Shown here piece after piece: positions 51,905-64,000 of a DNA stretch of 64,000 nucleotides. Position numbers and translations under genes: made by a program. The notes beneath the pieces are model-generated. The model had not been told where the DNA came from, did no database searches, and saw only the letters and a list, made by a program, of their open reading frames with translations. The stretch comes from Mobula hypostoma. Its lineage: Eukaryota. The first letter of the stretch is position 1; each line of letters starts with the position of its first letter. Location: the NCBI RefSeq assembly GCF_963921235.1, contig NC_086118.1, positions 21,206,001 to 21,270,000 on the forward strand. The letters run 5' to 3'.

Positions 51905-52470
51905 CGAATCAGAATCAGAATCCAGTTTTCGTATCATTGGCATATGTCATCAAATTTGTTGATTTTGCAGCAGCTGTACATTGTAACACACAATAATAAA
52001 AACTGTGAAAATAGTTAAATAGTTAAATTAAATAAATAGGGCAAAAAAGTAGTGAGGCAGTGTTCGTGGGTTCAATGTCCATTCAGAAATCTGATCGCAG
52101 AGGGAAAAGAAGCTATTCCTGAATCATTGAGTATGTGCCTTCAGGCTCCTGTACCTACTTCCTGATGGTAGCAACGAGAAGAAGGCATGTCCTGGGTGAT
52201 GGAGTTCCTTGATGATGGGTGCCGCCTTTTTGAGGCATCGCTCCATGAAGATGTCCTGGATGCTGGGGAGACTAGTATAGCATAATGGAGCTGACTGAGT
52301 TCACAATGTTCTTTGGCTTCTTTCAATCGTATGCAGTAGCACCCCCCACCCCCATACCAGACTGTGATGCAGCCAGTTAGAATTCTCTCCATGGTACATC
52401 TGTAGAAATTTGTGGGAGTCTTTAGTGACATATAAAATTTCTTTAAACTCCTAATGAAATATAGCCACTG
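51905..52470 (-). mobile_element. Rex1/Babar LINE 3' end with (GATTCT)n tail
   Basis: LYFIRSLKKF..NFYRCTMERILTGCITVWYG. Confidence 0.85.
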
Positions 52471-52611
52471 CAGTGAGCACTTGAGGTTCTTTTTCTCTAT
52501 AGTAGGGTAGAAATCCAAATTAAGATTGTGACACTATAAAATACTGCATTTAAATTTATAGCTTTACAAATTAAATGTTGAAGTTTATTGAACAGGGACT
52601 TCAATTAACTC

Positions 52612-52950
52612 GGACAGTACAGTGGCACCTATGATAGGGCTTCTGCTTAACAGTCACAGCCACCTGAATTCAATCTGATCTTTGGTGTTGTTTGCCTGGA
52701 GCTTGCCCACTCTCTCTGTAACTGCACGTGTTTCCACCTGGTGCTCTGTTTTCCTCCCGCACCTCAAAAGACAAATGTGCAGGTTGCAAAGTGTGTAGAA
52801 TCTTGCAGGAGGAGCGGGGTGTGGGCACGTGGATGGGAGTATGGGAAGAATAAAATTGGTTATGGTGAAAGTAGTGTAAAGACGGGTCTTTGATAGTTGA
52901 AGTGCACTGAGCGGGCTGAAGGACATTTTCAAAGCTTCATCTCTCTAGCG
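52612..52950 (+). mobile_element. V-SINE (HE1-like), degraded
   Basis: GGAGCTTGC..GTTTCCACCTGGTGCTCTGTTTTCCTCCCGCA V-domain. Confidence 0.65.
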
Positions 52951-55373
52951 TTCTAAGTAAAACTACCAAGTCCAAGATGCAAACACAAGAGATGCTGCAG
53001 ATGCTGGAAATCCAGAGTAAAACGCTCAGAGAGTCAGTCATCACCTTATGGAAAGAAACAAAGAGTCGATGTTTCAGTCTCATAGACCGATCAGGGCTCA
53101 TCAACCCTTCATCAGACGATGAATCATCTCAGCCTGAAACATCGATGCTGCCTGATCTGCTGAGCTCCTGTGTTTTCTGTGTTGATACAATGGCAGAGGT
53201 AAGAGATACAAGAGACCGTAGATGCTGGAACATGGAACAGCAAACAATCTGCGGGGAGAACTCAGTGGGTCAGGCAGCATCTACATAAAACATAGAACAG
53301 GAACGTGCCCTTCAGATCATGACACTATAATTAAACACTGAACAAAATTAATCCCTTCTGTCTACAGAATATCCATATGCCTCCATTCTCTGCACATTCA
53401 AGTGCCTATCTAAAGGTTTTCTGTGCTTCCCTCAAATACCAACCTTAGCAGTACATTTCAGGCACCTAGATTTCTCTATATAAAAACTTGCCGTGCACAT
53501 TTCGTAACTGCAGTTGTGCAACTAAATTTCAGTCTTTTGGTTAATGGTTTTAGAATCTTACACTCCTTTCAAACAGTGATTCCCATATTTGATTAAAGTG
53601 ATTGTTGTTGAAATTCATTTAAAAACTCAGAGACAATCAGTCACTGATTTTGGGCAAATTTTCAGAACTCCCCCCAAAAGCAGTGTGCTATTATTAAATA
53701 ACACAGTCATTTCTAAGCAAGCTCTGAACTAATTTTTGTTGCACTCTGTACTCTGTATGTGGTAATGCGTACTCTCAGAACCAGCAAAGAAATATTGGGG
53801 CATGACCAATTCTAAAATAAGAATCAATTTGATCTTTACAAGAAACTATCAGTGACATTTTTCCATTAATGTGACAATTTTTCCAACATATCTATCTGCT
53901 AATCTTATTTTAGTATGCGCTATATATACGGTTTCCTGCTTGAATACCAGGCAGCACCACGATTGTAAATGTATTCTGAGGTTAAAAATTACACTGTTGG
54001 CACAGCGTAGCAGCTTGCTTAGTGTGCTGCATGCATCAGTAAACTGTACCAGAACCAACTGGGGCTTTCCTTGAACAGTTTTGAATAAAGGTGAGAGAAC
54101 TGTTTTTGCTCTCAGCTTAAAAATGCAGGATAAACTCTACCATTTCCAGCAACCTCTTTAGGGGAAAGTTGTAGTTGTGTTCCGTTGGATAAGTTCAAGA
54201 GTCGATATAATAACCCAACCTCAGCTCACTTCCCTCTCTGTTCTTGCCAACATCCAAGATGTCACCAAGAAAAGATCTTAAAATCAGAATCATCATGTTG
54301 GGAACCCATTTTAATACATCCCTTGTATATATTTTAGCAACATGTTACGAAAATTCTAATATATAGTTGATAAATGTAACAGAATCAACTAAAGGCCACT
54401 TTTAGTGCAGTACATCACAGAAGCAGTCTCTCAGCCCACAAATATTGTGCCAAAATAGCTAACTAATGATCCTTAATTAAAATATTTCCTTCTGCCTCCG
54501 CATGGCCCATATTCCTCCAATTTCTTTGTGTGTGCTTAGCTAAGGGCCTCTTAGGTATCTCTGGAATATCTGCTTCCACTACCACCACTTTCCAGGTACT
54601 CACCTCTGGTCTTACTCTGCACATCCTCTCTAACCTTCAATTTGACTATAAATGAAATTTGGCCTCTGTATTTATTCCACCCTCAGGCTTCCCATTTGAA
54701 ATCTCCCTGGGTATTTTGGAAGTTACTGAATACAAAAGGATAAAAAATATGAAAGCTCAGTGAATTCTCATTCGGCGAGTCATTGAAGGTTACATGGGAA
54801 AGTCAGGCTAGAATGTCTTTTGAGGTCCTTATGAAGGATCTTGATTGATCAGCTATTTCTCTCCACAGATGCTGCCTGATGCACTGAGTACCTCCAGCAT
54901 TTTGTTTGCTGCTCCAGATTCCAGCATCTGCAGTCTCTTCAGCCTCTAAAATCGTATTGCATTATTACAAATGACCTGTCATGTCTAATTGTGCAGATCC
55001 TGGGTTTGTGTTGGTGTTTCAACACCCTATGTCTGAAGTGGCAAGCACCAGCTGAACCACATCAGTAATAATCAAACCCAGCTGATAGTGTGGAGGCTCT
55101 CTGTGGCTGCAAGCGGTGCCATAATTTACTTCATGGTGAGGGTTAGTGAAGCAATTTCAGTACCCCTCCTACGCAGAGGGACAAATTCCTCACTGTCGCT
55201 GGAACTGGCACTGCAGAGCCATGGAAAGGGGAACTACAGAGGCCACAGCATGCTGATAGAAGTCTTATAACTGTTCTTTCTTCTCACATTCCACTTTCTT
55301 ACCATTCAACCATGGCCACCTCTGTTCCCAAGATTTCCCCTCATCACAGCCAAAGGAGGTCCATCAGAATTAT

Positions 55374-55472
55374 CAGAAACAAGAGAAAATCTGCAGATGC
55401 TGGAAATCCAAGCAACACACACACACACACACACACACAAAACACCTTTCCTCCAGCATTTTGTGTGTGTTG
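55374..55472. mobile_element. 99-bp inverted PLE terminal-repeat insertion with 13-bp TSD
   Basis: CCATCAGAATTAT exact at 55361-55373 and 55473-55485. Confidence 0.85.
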
Positions 55473-55574
55473 CCATCAGAATTATAATGTATGGAAGAAG
55501 AATACAGCCCAACTTTCAAGGTAACACCTAAAGCTTGGAATGACAGAGATGGGATGTGCAGGTTCTTATTTCTT

Positions 55575-55840
55575 CATTTAGAGGTACAGCATGGAACAGG
55601 CCCTTCTGTCCCTTTGAGCTGTACTGCCCGGCAACCCAGCGATTTAATCCTACCCTAATCACAGGACAATTTACAATGGCCAATCAACCTACCAATTGAT
55701 ATGTATTTGGACCGTGGGGGGAACCCACATGCACATGGGAGAGAACGCACAAACTTGTTTACAGAGGACACCGGAACTGAACTCCAAACTCCAATGCCCC
55801 AAGCTGTAAATAGTGGCGAATTATGTGCTACCATGGCACC
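55575..55840 (-). mobile_element. V-SINE (HE1-like)
   Basis: Reverse complement of the family at 49865-50130 (GACAATTTACAATGGCCAAT, GAACTGAACTCC). Confidence 0.75.
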
Positions 55841-56514
55841 AAGGAAATGTAATAAAAAACAGAAAGTGCTAGAAGCAATCGGCTGGCCAGGCAGCATCTG
55901 TGGAGAAAGAAGGAGAATTAACAGGTCAGATCAAACACTCTTAGTCACTCGTGTTTCTCTTTTTACTGATGTTGAATCACCTACTGAGTATTTCCAGGAC
56001 CTTTATTTTGGATTCCCAGCATCTGCAGGATTTTGCTTTATATTCATTACAGGTTCTCCTCAGGTTACAAACACCCAATTTATGGATACCCTGTACATAT
56101 GAACCACCATTTGGGAGTGTGGGATGGATGAGGATGGATTTGCTGACTGCTGTGGGGGTGTAGGCACCTTCTGCTAGATGGGAATGGGGCAATTCCGCAT
56201 GCCTTCTCCCTCCCACTCCCCCCAAACCACAACAATTAGGGGCTGGGTTGAGCCAAGCAGAGCAGTGAAAGCGAGGCAAACTCACTCACTGCCTGAGTCA
56301 ATGAGGCCAGCTGGAGGCGCCTGCTCACTCTTATCTCTGCTCAGAGTCTTTCCCCACACACTGTTTTTGTTCATTTCTGACTTACAAACCATCTGGCTTA
56401 CCTGGGGACTGCCTGTACTGGGATCTTTTTGTGCTGTCACAAGTGGACTCATGGAGGTCCTGGGTTGTCAAAAACCCTGGAAGTTAAGTCAAAGAACATT
56501 GGGAGCTCCACCTC

Positions 56515-57740
56515 CAACCAAATATGTCATCTATAAATTCTCAGATAACATCACTGTTGATGTAAAATCTCTTTTGGCAGCAAGGAGGTGTAAAGGAGTG
56601 AGGTTGATCATCTGGTTGAGTGGTATTGCAACAACGACCTTGCAGTCAACAAAGGAAGACAAAGGAACTGATTATGGACTTCAGGAAGCACAACTGCTGG
56701 GATTCCTGGGATGAGGTTCACCAGATTGATTCCTGGGATGGCAGGACTTTCATATGATGAAATACTGGATCGACTAGGGTTATACTCGCTGGAATTTAGA
56801 AGATTGAGGGGGGATCTCATTGAAACATATAAAATTCTAAAGGGATTGGACAGGCTAGATGCAGGAAGATTGTTCCCGATGTTGGCGAAGTCCAGAATGA
56901 GGGGTCACAGTTTAAGGATAAAGGGGAAGCCTTTTAGGACTGAGATGAGGAAAAACTTCTTCACACAGAGCGTGGTGAATCTGTGGAATTCTCTGCCACA
57001 GGAAACAGTTGAGGCCAGTTCATTGGCTATATTTAAGAGGGAGTTAGATATGGCCCTTATGGCTAAAGGGATCGGGGGTATGGAGAGAAGGCAGGTACAG
57101 GGTTCTGAGTTGGATGATCAGCCATGATCATTCTGAATGGCGGTGCAGGTTTGAAAGGCTGAATGGCCTACTCCGGCACTTATTTTCTATGTTTCTATGT
57201 AACTCAGGAGAAAATATACCAGTGTTCATTTTGGGGCCAGTTTCAAGTTCTTAGGTGTCAACATCTCGGAAGATCTATCCCAGACCCAAAATACTGATGC
57301 GATCATGAAGAAGGCATGCCCGCGGCTCTACTTCATTAGCAGTTTGAAGAGACTTGGTATGTTACCAATGACTCTTGCAGATAAATAGAGATGTACGGTG
57401 GGGCGCATTCTGACTGGTTATATGGGGGACCAATGCACAAGAGGCTGCAGAAGATTGTAGACTTAGCCAATTCCATCATGTGCACAACCCTCCCTATCAC
57501 CCAGGGCATCTTCAAGAGGCAGTACCTTAAGAAAGCAACATCGAGTTTTAAGTGACATGCACTCTTCTCATTGTCACCATCGGTGAGGAGGTACAAAAGC
57601 CTGAAGGACCACACTTAATGTTTTAGAAACAGCTTCTTCTCCTCCATCGTCAGATTTCTAAATAGTCCATAAACATCTGAACACCACCTTATTACTCCCA
57701 TCTTTTTTCCTTTATTTTGTAATTTAGTAACTTTATGTAG
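56515..57740 (+). mobile_element. Degraded Rex1/Babar fragment split by the CR1 at 56701-57200
   Basis: IYKFSDNIT (decayed FADD) on the left; FKFLGVNISED and RLYFISSLKR on the right. Confidence 0.75.
56701..57200 (+). mobile_element. Young CR1 3' end, same subfamily as 16537-17967
   Basis: Near-identical to 17482-17967; (TTTCTATG)n tail. Confidence 0.95.
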
Positions 57741-60023
57741 CTTCTAATGATCAGTCCCTCAGTATCAGTTACAGCAAAAGCAGAAGTCACCCATCATCTG
57801 GGTGTCACAGTTAAAACTCATCATGCTTTGCAAACTGGCTTTGAGAAGAGCTTAAGCACATCAAGCAATCCATCCTCCAATATTTCTGGGGTTGCAACTG
57901 TGGTTTTAAGGATTACAAATCTGTTTTACTCTATCAATTAATCCCTGGCACATCACCATAGTCCATGAGAGAACCATCTTAGAGTTCTGCTGTTCATGTT
58001 GAAAGTGGTTTGGTCTATAGATGAACCTTTTGGGTGGAATCTTCTTTCGCAACCATTTATGGCCTCCTTCACTCCAAGTCACGCACCACACTACATTTAC
58101 CAAAGATGCAGTGTTCACAGAGGATGATAAGATACTGAAACAAAAAAGAAATTCAAGACTATAAGAGCCTTTACCTTAATAGTGAAGGCAACTTTTAGTC
58201 CAGAAGAAAGGTCTCAACCCAAAACACTGACTGCCATTTCTCTATAGATGGTGCTTGATCTGCTGAGTTCCTCTAGTATTTTATTTGTTGCTCCAGATTC
58301 CGGTATCTGGACATCTCTTTTTCTCCATTTCTAGGATTAATGTATGGCTATTCATAGTTGTGTATGTACAGTATGCATCATATAGCAGGTCACTCTGGTT
58401 ACTTAGTTAAAGAAGGCAATGCTCCTTATTATTTGAACATTTGGGAAGTGATCTCTGTGAAGCTGGCCTCCTTTTTAAAGCCCTTCTGCATAGCAGGTCG
58501 TTTGCTCATTCTCCTTAACAGAAACAATTCCAAGTAGCACAGCCACCAAAGCAAGGATGTCTATTATAAAACCTGATATAAGTGTCCCAAAACAAATTAT
58601 GTCCCTGTTGTTGTCCAAGGTTTCAATCACCCCATGTGTATGTGTAGTATAACCCATAGCAACAGTGGAGTGCGAATGGTTAAGTTATTTCTCCCGAGGC
58701 CAAATGCCAGGTTTCAAATACATGCTCAGCTAGTTGTATCTGGTTAGTTGTCATTGTGTGATTTGGCAGGAATGTTGTTAAATCAATTTTGGAAGGGCTG
58801 ATGTTAATTCAATATTGGATGAAGGATCAACAGGTTTCTTTACCTATTTGTTGGATGTCTACAAATCCCATTATTCTCAAGCTATCCAAGTTATTGGTGA
58901 TTTAACTTAGCCCTGAAAATACATACTACCAAGAAGTACTTCAAACCAGGGCACCAGGAAGAATGATGACAAAGCCATTTTCTTTCCCAATATTCTACTT
59001 TGAGATAGAATACATGACATATCACTCTCTTTTTGTTTTTTTTTCACAGTCCAGTTTGGAATGAATTACACTTATTCAAAATAAATTCAATTCTAAGCAC
59101 ATGCAACAGCCAAAGGATTTGAATACAGTACAGTATTTATTTCCTTATGCTAACAGGCTTTTCAACTTCTATTATATTTTGTTTTACAGTCTGTTTGTGT
59201 TTCCCCATCTACCAGAACTCAAACAGCCTACAGCTAAATTACAAGAATAAAAGGTTGTGAGGACTGAGATCAGTTAGTATCATCTTCTAAAACATTCCAG
59301 CTTAAACTAAATCTGTCTTTGCACTTGTACGTCTGCTGCTGAAATTACTTCTCTCTGCTTCCAATGCAATAAATTACCAAACCTATAACCCTTCTGTCAT
59401 CAGAAACTATCAGCACCTTGCCAGAGTTTTCCGAACTTGGAGCTTTCTAGCACAAACAATTTCATGTTGGAAGCCAATCAAAATCTAATTTTGCACTTCT
59501 CTCAACTTCACTTTTATGGAAAAAGGCATTAAGATGTTTCAACAAAGAATAATAATACATGGAAGAGCAGAAAGCCCCAAATCTTTCTGAATCATATGGG
59601 TACTTTCTCAGAAATGATGTACCAACCGGTCTAATTTGTCATTATTTTCAATGGTACATGCATGAGGGCAAGAATCCAAATTGCAATATGATAAAACATC
59701 TTGGTGGAAATAACCCTGTTCTGACTTAAATGCATTGTTTGAAAATGCTTGATTTGAAGAGATTTCAAGAGTGATATCAACATCTCACAGAAAAAAAAGC
59801 AGCAGCTTTCGTGGATGAAATAGATGCACTTGCACAAAATATGAGCTACTTTGGAAAGCTTAATCAATATTGTTTCATTTTAATCAGTCTCATGACACCA
59901 GTGCTGAGAAGCTAAACTGTGTAATGAAGTGTATGCCTGTACCCTGACTGCAGCTGTCAAGAGGATGCAGCCAAACTTTATGAAACACGGTACAAATATG
60001 ATAAAAACCATGGATGTTACTCA

Positions 60024-60104
60024 TAAACACAAGAGGTTTTGCAGATGCTGGAAACCTTGAACAACACACACACGAAATGCTAGAGGAACTCAGCAAGTCA
60101 GGCG
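60024..60104 (-). mobile_element. 81-bp PLE terminal-repeat insertion with 13-bp TSD
   Basis: TGGATGTTACTCA exact at 60011-60023 and 60105-60117. Confidence 0.85.
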
Positions 60105-60384
60105 TGGATGTTACTCACCCACTTCCATTCAGAGCCTCCAGCAATGTCACTTACAAGTCCAAAAGCAAAGCAAGGTCTCCTGCAGCACCATTTCAATGAC
60201 AGGAGGGAATGGAAGTGTTAATAGAGCTGTCCAGATGAATACAAATGCAAAGTACTGCACACTTCCAGTCAAAAAAAAATGATGCAGTGGTAAACCATCT
60301 TGTAAAACACCTCACCCTCTGCAACACACCATCTCCAACACTACCATTAAACATATTTTTACCTCAACTTCCCTCACTCCTGCA

Positions 60385-60945
60385 CCCCCCCCCCGCTTTC
60401 CACTGGGATCACTCCCTCTGCGATTCTTTTATCCATTCCTTCCCCCCGCCCCCACTAATCTCCCTCCAGGCACTTATTCCTACAAGTGGACTAAGTGCTA
60501 CACCTGCCCATTCACCTCCTCCCTAACCTCCATTCAGGACCCCAATCAGTCCTCCCAGGTGAGGCAACACCTCATCTGAGAACCTGCTGGAGTCGTCTAT
60601 TGTCCGGTGCTCCAGATGCGGCCTTCACTTCACCAAGAACCTCTGCTCCATCTGCTAAAACCGGAACTTCCTGGTGTCCAAACATTTTAATTCCGATTCC
60701 CACTCGGACACGTCGTCCCATAGACTCTTTTTGTGCCAAGGTGAGGCCACACTAACCCTTGACTTTTCCCACTAACTTGGCTTCACCTATCACCTTCTAG
60801 CTATCCTCCTCCATTCCCACCTTCTTTTTGTTCTGGCGTCTCCCCCCTCCCTTTCCAATCCTGATGGAAGGGCCTCAGTCCGAAACTACGTTTCCATAGA
60901 TGCTGCCTGTCCTGCTGAGTTCCTCCAGCATTTTGTGTGTGTTTG
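60385..60945 (+). mobile_element. Second PLE 3' fragment (GIY-YIG region, internally deleted) with decayed hammerhead
   Basis: Homologous to the reverse complement of 26960-27800 (PGTY..KCYTCP, GVVYCPV); CTGATGGAAGGGCCTCAGTCCGAAAC at 60861-60886. Confidence 0.8.
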
Positions 60946-61294
60946 GCTTTGCACTTTGTGCTTACCTGCTTTGCTATGCCAAAACCAATGATGCACAACT
61001 CTTATTTTCAGACTGATGCAGTTATTTGCTGCCATTAATAGTTACACTTCCTGTGTACAAATATATTTAAGACCATTTGATGATTCAAAATAGATTTGTT
61101 TCTTTTGGTTCAATTCTCCTCGCTCCCTCAACCTGAAAACTACACTACATTCATTTTCAACTCTCCTCCTGTAATACCACATAACAGTATCTACAAAAGA
61201 ATCTGTCATCTAGAAGATTTAATTCCTGCTGTCAAACTTCCCCTAATAAATCCCTAACTCAAATTTATATTGGGAGTCAAAATTGCCATATTTT

Positions 61295-61712
61295 AATAGA
61301 CAATAGGGGCAGAAGTAGGCCATTTGGCCCTTCAAGCCAGCACCACCATTTACTGTGATCATGGCTGATCATCCACAATCAGTACCCTGTTCCTGCCTTC
61401 TCCCCATATTTCTTGACTCCACTATCTTTAACAGCTCTATCTAACTCTTTCTTGAAAGAATCCAGAGAATTGGCCTCCACTGCCTTCTGAGACAGAGCAT
61501 TCCACAGATCCACAACCCTCTGTGTGAAAAAGTTCTTCCTCAACTCAGTTCTAAATGGTCTACCCCTTTTCTTAAACTGTGGCCTCTGGTTCTGGACTCC
61601 CCCAACATCGGGAACATGTTTCCTGCCTCCAGCGTGTCCAATCCCTTAATAATCTTATATGTTTCAATCAGATCCCCTTTCATCCTTCTAAATTCCAGTG
61701 TATACAAGCCCA
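61295..61712 (-). mobile_element. CR1 3' end, same subfamily as 34911-36195
   Basis: Closely similar to 34916-35333. Confidence 0.9.
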
Positions 61713-61889
61713 ATGATGTTGATTAAGTGCTGTAGGCTCCTTAACTTAATGTCATCCAGTTGCCAGGTTATTAATATAACACCCACCCAGAATACTGAGC
61801 AATAGTGCAAGAGAGCCACAAATCCAATTCAAAAGAAACGAAATATTACTGATGTCAGACAAGCTATGCCGTTGACTATTATGCATATT

Positions 61890-62170
61890 GTATAATTCAG
61901 CTAGCCATACAGCTCCGGAACAGCCCTTTGGCCCAGCAGCTATGTGCTGATAACCAAACACTTATTTGCACCTTTTTCCCCACATTCCCATCTAATTCTA
62001 CTACCCACCTACACAATAGAGGCAATTTTCAATTAATTTACTGACACATCTGTTGTTATTTGGATTTGGATGAGACCCGTCAGGTCACAGGGGGGTCATG
62101 CATACAAAAGGCGGCATCAGAAGTCAGGTCAGTAGAACCGTGTAGCCTCAGCTACATCACTGAACCACTG
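61890..62170 (-). mobile_element. Degraded V-SINE
   Basis: CR1-like tail (GGAACAGCCCTTTGGCCC) plus remnants of the V-domain. Confidence 0.45.
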
Positions 62171-62959
62171 AAAAGATATTGCGGTCAAAGATGTATAACC
62201 TAACATCAAAAGACATGCAATGCTATAATTATAACTGAACATCTGTAAATGTACTGATTGCATGTTTCACAATTTGCTTATTAAGCACTTCTCAAAAGCA
62301 AGAGGCTGCACTAGTTGCAATTTAGCTGGCAAAGCAGATTTTTCCTCACTGTAAGGGAGGACGTGAATATGAATCACTACGATTCATAGGCTTCAGTCTT
62401 TGATGTTATCCTTTTCTCCTCTTTATTCCGCATTCCATTATTGGAAAGATGAAAGAGCACATACACAGTAACAGTGTACGTACATAAAGACAGTGTATAA
62501 CAGAAGTAGACATACATTAGGGACACTTAATGGATGAAAGAAAATGTAAGGTTTTAAGTATGTAGGAGCGAAGGATTAGACTGATTGTGGAGCTGGCACA
62601 AAATCATGGGACGAAGGGCCTGTACTGTGCTGTACTGTTCCATGTTTCCTCCACATTTTTAATTTCATTCTTAGCTTTTCTGCTCTATACTTGTGCTTTC
62701 ATCTTCCCCAGTACACAGTCCCCAACGGACTTTAACCTGCCTGCATAGTTAAGTCCCTCCCAGCAAACTCAATTTCAGATCATCCCTGTAATTTGTGAAT
62801 ATTTGACAATTTATTGACCTTCGGTAAAATTTGGAAGCAGCCTGTTTTAGCTTGGGTAATGCTCTACGACACACGCAGAGCAATTCAGAAATTGGCTTTT
62901 TACTGCAACGATATTTTGAAAACTAATTATTCTACAATCCAGACAAAACCCTTGTAAAT

Positions 62960-63450
62960 ATCTGCACCCTCTCTAATGCATTTGCATCCTCCCTGTATAC
63001 TGTAGTGACCAGTAGCCTAGTGGTAGCTTAAATAGTAAGTTTCATGTTTCGTTGCAGAATAACCTCCTTTGCATTCAAATTTGTGAGGAGGGCAAGTAAC
63101 CTTTATGCCTTATTGACTACCATATTTCCAACAAGTTTCAAAAATATGTCAACAAGTTCTCTAAGATCCTTCTGTTCCTCTCTAATGCACAGTATCCTGC
63201 CATTTACTGTGAATTATTTGCCCATCCAATTGCATTATATCACATTTCTTTGGATTGAATTCCATTTGTTATTTTCTTGCACCTTCATTAACTTCAATTA
63301 GTTTAAAACGTTTTTTTCTCACTATTAGCCATTCTGCTAGTTTTAGTATAATTTGCAAACTAATTAACAATGAGTCCCATATCTAACTGTGATATATACT
63401 GCATACCATTAAAAGGAAGGTACATGGCCCTGTGTTCTCTGGAATCCTTC
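62960..63450 (-). mobile_element. Highly degraded CR1 fragment
   Basis: Remnants of KFAN.TK, MEFNPRKCDIMQL and RDLRELVD on the minus strand. Confidence 0.55.
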
Positions 63451-64000
63451 AAGTCACGATTTTTTAAAATGTTTTCTGCCACCCAGTTAGTTTTGGTTCT
63501 AACTGGCCACTTTACCTTGTGCCTTCATGTTGCTGATCCATATACTTTCCTAAAAGCAATTTAACTTCATCAAATTCTCAGTGTTACCTCAAAAAATTCA
63601 ATCTGATAAAATATATACAGTATGTGGTTAATAATAACTGTGTACACGAATCTCCGAACATTAAATCTATTGTATGGTCAGAATATCAAAAGAAAAGATT
63701 TTTATATACTAAACTTACACCAATAATGTACTAGAAGACTTCTGTGGAATAAAAGTGCTTATTCAGGCACATACAGAACAGATGATCTATACAGATTTGA
63801 ATGGTCTCATTGACAGTTTACAAGAAAAATTTAGGGAAAGCCCTAGAATTTATCAAGTCTTGTGCAAAAGCACAAAGCACAAGTGATGGAAGTGAGTTTA
63901 CCAGATGCTGTTGAAGTAGCCTTGACAAAATTGAAACCCATTCACTTTGATTTTTGTTTAGATTTAAGTCTTGAATCTAATCTTTCCTGAGGAGAATACT

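Noticed and set aside
58475..58657. Short ORF with a transmembrane-like stretch
   Set aside because: 60 aa with no homology or convincing splice context; expected by chance.

Overview
This is vertebrate nuclear DNA, not prokaryotic. The repeat content (CR1, Rex1/Babar, RTE and L1/Tx1 LINEs, V-SINEs, Penelope-like elements) points to a cartilaginous fish, probably a ray; that assignment is inference from repeat families only. Most long ORFs in the supplied track are broken retroelement fragments or their antisense shadows, and no intact host protein-coding gene can be recognised. The most interesting signal is a family of Penelope-like (PLE) terminal repeats carrying minimal type-I hammerhead ribozymes (CAGTC-CTGANGA-stemII-GAAAC-GTH-GACTG, palindromic stem III, i.e. 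the dimer-cleaving type). The best copies are at 48053-48090 (+) and 27012-27049 (-); others are decayed or split, and the same repeat occurs as short insertions with 9-15 bp target-site duplications. Other readable structures are a twin-primed, 5'-inverted L1 with a 14-bp TSD, a solo LTR with a 5-bp TSD, a CR1/RTE/CR1 nest, and a perfect 77-bp fold-back palindrome inside a near-full-length RTE. A chain of strong minus-strand splice sites may mark a lncRNA or pseudogene. All coordinates were read by eye: TSD and motif positions were counted base by base, while the ends of old elements are approximate.
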